In this document: positions 61,792 through 64,000 of the stretch, one piece after another
Layout: each line of letters begins with the position of its first letter
How positions within the stretch are numbered: position 1 is the stretch's first letter
DNA from: Schmidtea polychroa
Taxonomy: Eukaryota
Direction of reading: 5' to 3'
Assembly: GCA_044892525.1 (NCBI GenBank)
Contig: CM097885.1
Coordinates: 40,550,001-40,614,000 of the forward strand
DNA length: 64,000 nt
Program-made: the position numbers and the translations under genes
Notes under the pieces: generated by a model
Databases searched by the model: none
What the model was told of the DNA's origin: nothing
Seen by the model: the letters and a program-made list of their open reading frames with translations, nothing else

Positions 61792-62985
61792 TAAAAATAA
61801 TTCAACAATCAGTTACCAACAACTATCAGGTATTTACAACTAGATACCAAGTACTTACAACTAAGTATTCTTTATTGTATTTTATCAAATGATTTTTAAA
61901 TTAATTTTTTTCATCTGTCTTCAAAAATAATTTTAATTACAATCAGTAGAAAAACCTTTTCTAAATGTCTCAATTTAACAAAAATGATAGAATTTCATCA
62001 AAAATAAATAATTGTTAACTCAACCACTTTAAAACACCACTTGGAATTGAGGATAATTTAAATTACAATAAATGACTATAGAATTCTAATTTACAAAAGA
62101 TTCTTCTTTTAATTGATTACTACTGACTTATTATTAGTAGTGGGTATAATGGGAATCCTGGGACACGCCACCGTAGGAAACCGACAATTTATTGCTTTCA
62201 AGAATTCGAAATTTTTAAAAATTCAAACTTTTAAGATTTCAAACTTTCAAACTTCAGAGGTAACGGGTGGCGTGCCACAGGACTCCCATTATACCCACTA
62301 TTTATAAAAATAAAATATTTTCATTTTTTGATTTAATGATTTTTTGATTTTTCGATTTAATAATTTTTATAATTTTATGGACTTGATAATTTTTATAAAA
62401 AATAAAAATATTTTTATAAAATTGGTTGGTGGTACCCAAGAAAACCTAATTTAATGGTTTGACTTTGAATCAAGATTCAAAGTCAAACTTGATTTGAGGA
62501 ATCTTAAAATTTAAAAATTTAAAGACTTGATAATTTTTATAAAAAAATATTGTTTGTTTCTCAAACTTGTTTGAGGAACAAACTTATTCAAATGTTTGGG
62601 TACCCACCCAAGAAAACCTAATTTAATGGTTTGACTTTGAATCAAGATTCAAAGTCAAACTTGATTCGAGGAATTTTAAAATTTTTATATTTTAGGATTC
62701 GAGGAATTTTAATAATTTTATAATTTTAGATTTCCATATTTTTAAAATTATTGTTTGAGTGAGAACCTTGTTTCCTCCCTCAAACAATAATTTTTTAATT
62801 TTGGGAATTAGTGAATTCACTAGTACCCAAAGTTTTCGAACCCAAAACTTGTTTTGGGTTCGAAAACAAAATCTGAAAATTCTATTATAAAAATGGAATA
62901 ATATAAATCTTGAAATTTCAGAAAAAAATTAATTAAATCTTGATTATAATAAACAGTTTGTTCATGAAATCAAGAAAAATGATGT

Positions 62986-63301
62986 CCAACTTCTGGTTCC
63001 ATTGCAAATTTAGATCGTGGAGGTGATATAGTTTTTCAATCTCCTTCAAGTAGATTCTCTTTTGAAAATCAGGGTGGTGATTTACAATCTTCAAAATTAA
63101 CATCAACATTATTGAAACCCTTTACTATTGAAAAATATCCAGGTGAAATACATTTATTTAAACACAATTATACTGGATCTGGAACACGATTAGATGTTAG
63201 ACTTGATGAAAATAATAATCCCAAACAAGGAGAGGAACCAATAAATAGAATTGATCAAGCTGCTTTGAAACATGACATTTCTTAGAATTCAACTGTTTCG
63301 A
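62986..63301 (+). pseudogene. Parvovirus VP1u-like phospholipase A2 domain (PLA2X), N-terminal part, disrupted
   Basis: Manual translation: YPGEIHLFKHNYTGSGTRLDVRLD...PINRIDQAALKHDIS*. TAG at 63283-63285 replaces the expected Tyr, and a frameshift follows near 63300. Confidence 0.8.
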
Positions 63302-64000
63302 GAGAGACATGTTGCTGATGTTAATTTAATACATGATTTAAATAGTATACAAAATCCATCAACCCAAGAAAAGATTCAAAGAGCTCTAGTTAAATTAGCA
63401 ATGAAGGGTAAAATTTTCATAGGTGGTTTTCTCCATGTTAAACCTGTTAACATAGAAAACACAGGACACAATCCTCTACAAAGGATTGCAAAAGATGTTG
63501 CTAATAAAAGGATTATTGAACAAGCAGACACTGAAAAGTATGTGTCCAAGACTAATTTACAAATCCCAACAGGATCACAAATAAAATATGCCAATGAATT
63601 ACACTATGAATTTAGAAAAAATAAAAAACATCTAAAAGTTCAAGTTTATGAAAAAGATCATACTTGGTCTGCTGATTTAGTCTTTATGCCAATCAAATCA
63701 TCAGACCCTGAAAAATATAAAATAATTTTAGCTGTAATAGATTTATATACAAGATTTGCTTTTGCAAGATGTTTAGAAAATAAAACAGGATATTCTATTA
63801 CAGAAGCATTTGAAAATATATTTGAAGAACATCAAAGAATTCCAAAATATTTATGGTGTGATAAAGGAACAGAATTTTATAACAAAGTTTTTAAAAGTTT
63901 TTTGGAAGAAAATGATATTAAATTATATTCAACAGAAAACGAAGGAAAAGCAGTCGTAGTTGAAAGATTAAATAGAACATTAAAAAATAAAATGTGGATA
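63302..64000 (+). CDS. Open frame with the PLA2X C-terminal part fused to a Polinton-type DDE integrase (partial, runs off the window, absent from the ORF track)
   Basis: ERHVADVNL...AMKGKIFIGG...ANELHYEFRK...WSADL (D)...VIDLYTRFAF...LWCDKGTEF (D)...VVERLNRTLK (E); no stop in 233 codons. Confidence 0.9.

Larger units (their letters stand above)
62136..64000 (+). mobile_element. Terminus of a Polinton/Maverick (adintovirus-like) element, continuing beyond the window
   Basis: Begins AGTAGT (typical Polinton end); about 730 bp of palindrome-rich non-coding DNA; then PLA2-like and Polinton-type integrase coding sequence. Confidence 0.8.

Noticed and set aside
63283..63285. TAG read as Tyr (alternative genetic code or readthrough)
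   Set aside because: TAG and TAA terminate host genes here (GPCR, GATM), and a frameshift follows within 20 nt, so simple decay is more likely.

Overview
Very AT-rich animal (invertebrate-type) nuclear DNA with many (AAT/ATT)n microsatellites and decayed transposons. It is not prokaryotic, so most short ORFs in the track are noise. Host genes: (1) the last three coding exons of a Quaking/How/GLD-1 (STAR family) RNA-binding protein gene at 23390-25366, whose KH exons I could not find in the preceding 23 kb; (2) a complete 7-exon glycine amidinotransferase (GATM) gene at 33505-37956; (3) an inverted, convergent pair of near-identical intronless class A GPCRs; (4) an inverted, divergent pair of intronless 6-phosphofructo-2-kinase genes with a collapsed bisphosphatase domain lacking both catalytic histidines, plus a third inverted 3' fragment. 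Mobile DNA: Gypsy remnants and solo LTRs, Penelope-like elements, hAT, mariner, pogo and piggyBac relics or MITEs, and a Ginger-like integrase element flanked by an unusual 15-bp direct repeat. At the right edge is the terminus of a Polinton/Maverick (adintovirus-like) element. It carries a terminal fold-back, an array of hairpins all closed by C(TT)G/C(AA)G loops, and a parvovirus-type PLA2 domain fused to the integrase. Inverted duplications and palindromes recur at every scale. All calls come from reading motifs by eye; no database searches were run.
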